Made by a program: the position numbers and the translations under genes. DNA of 64,000 nt from Neocallimastix sp. 'constans' (lineage: Eukaryota): NCBI GenBank assembly GCA_050613775.1, contig JBODTK010000120.1:310001-374000 (forward strand), in the 5' to 3' direction. Under the pieces are notes generated by a model. It saw nothing but the letters and a program-made list of their open reading frames with translations, had not been told where the DNA came from and made no database searches. Of the stretch, positions 63,256 to 64,000 are shown in pieces (the first letter of the stretch is position 1; each line of letters starts with the position of its first letter).

Positions 63256-63606
63256 AAAAATATTAATTATATTATATTAAAATAAAAAAAAAAAAAAAAA
63301 AACCCAAAAACATATAAATTGAATTCATAATCAAATAATCAGTCATCATTAAATAATAAACGATAATCAAATAATCAGTCTTCATTAAAGTAAATGATAA
63401 TAAGGATAATAATCATAAATTATGTATAAATAATAAATAGTTAACAATAATAATAATAATAATAATAATAATTTGTTTTTATTAAATTTTTTTTTAATAT
63501 ATTTATTTTATTTTATTTTATTTTATATTAATTTATAATTTTCCACACTTTTCTTTAATTAAATTAATTATTAAATTTGTTAACATCAATTAATCCTAAA
63601 CATCTA

Positions 63607-63983
<377 letters not shown>

Positions 63984-64000
63984 TTTTCTAAAAAGGTTTA

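Overview
Extremely AT-rich eukaryotic DNA with GT-AG introns, long poly-A/T and (TTA)n tracts and Asn-rich proteins. The style fits an anaerobic gut fungus (Neocallimastigomycota), but that is an inference. I can support three protein-coding genes, all on the minus strand. (1) A 5-exon, ~1625-aa full-size ABCA-subfamily transporter (5929-12070) whose two ATPase domains have both lost key catalytic motifs. (2) A 2-exon, ~1662-aa Asn-rich protein (13948-19147) carrying a Pho80/Pcl-type cyclin box split by large insertions. (3) A single-exon 741-aa Pcl/Clg1-like cyclin (28819-31044). Between the two cyclins lie two head-to-tail, heavily eroded non-LTR retrotransposon reverse-transcriptase relics that the ORF track misses (~24870-28170). 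One relic contains a young inverted duplication with an identical 74-bp core that looks like a template-switch product. The remaining ~33 kb (31045-64000) has no credible coding sequence; it lies upstream of the cyclin and carries recurrent short motifs (CATCC/GGATG, ATTCCGT, TGACA), palindromes and microsatellites. No rRNA, tRNA or CRISPR was seen. Nearly all short ORFs in the track are low-complexity artefacts.
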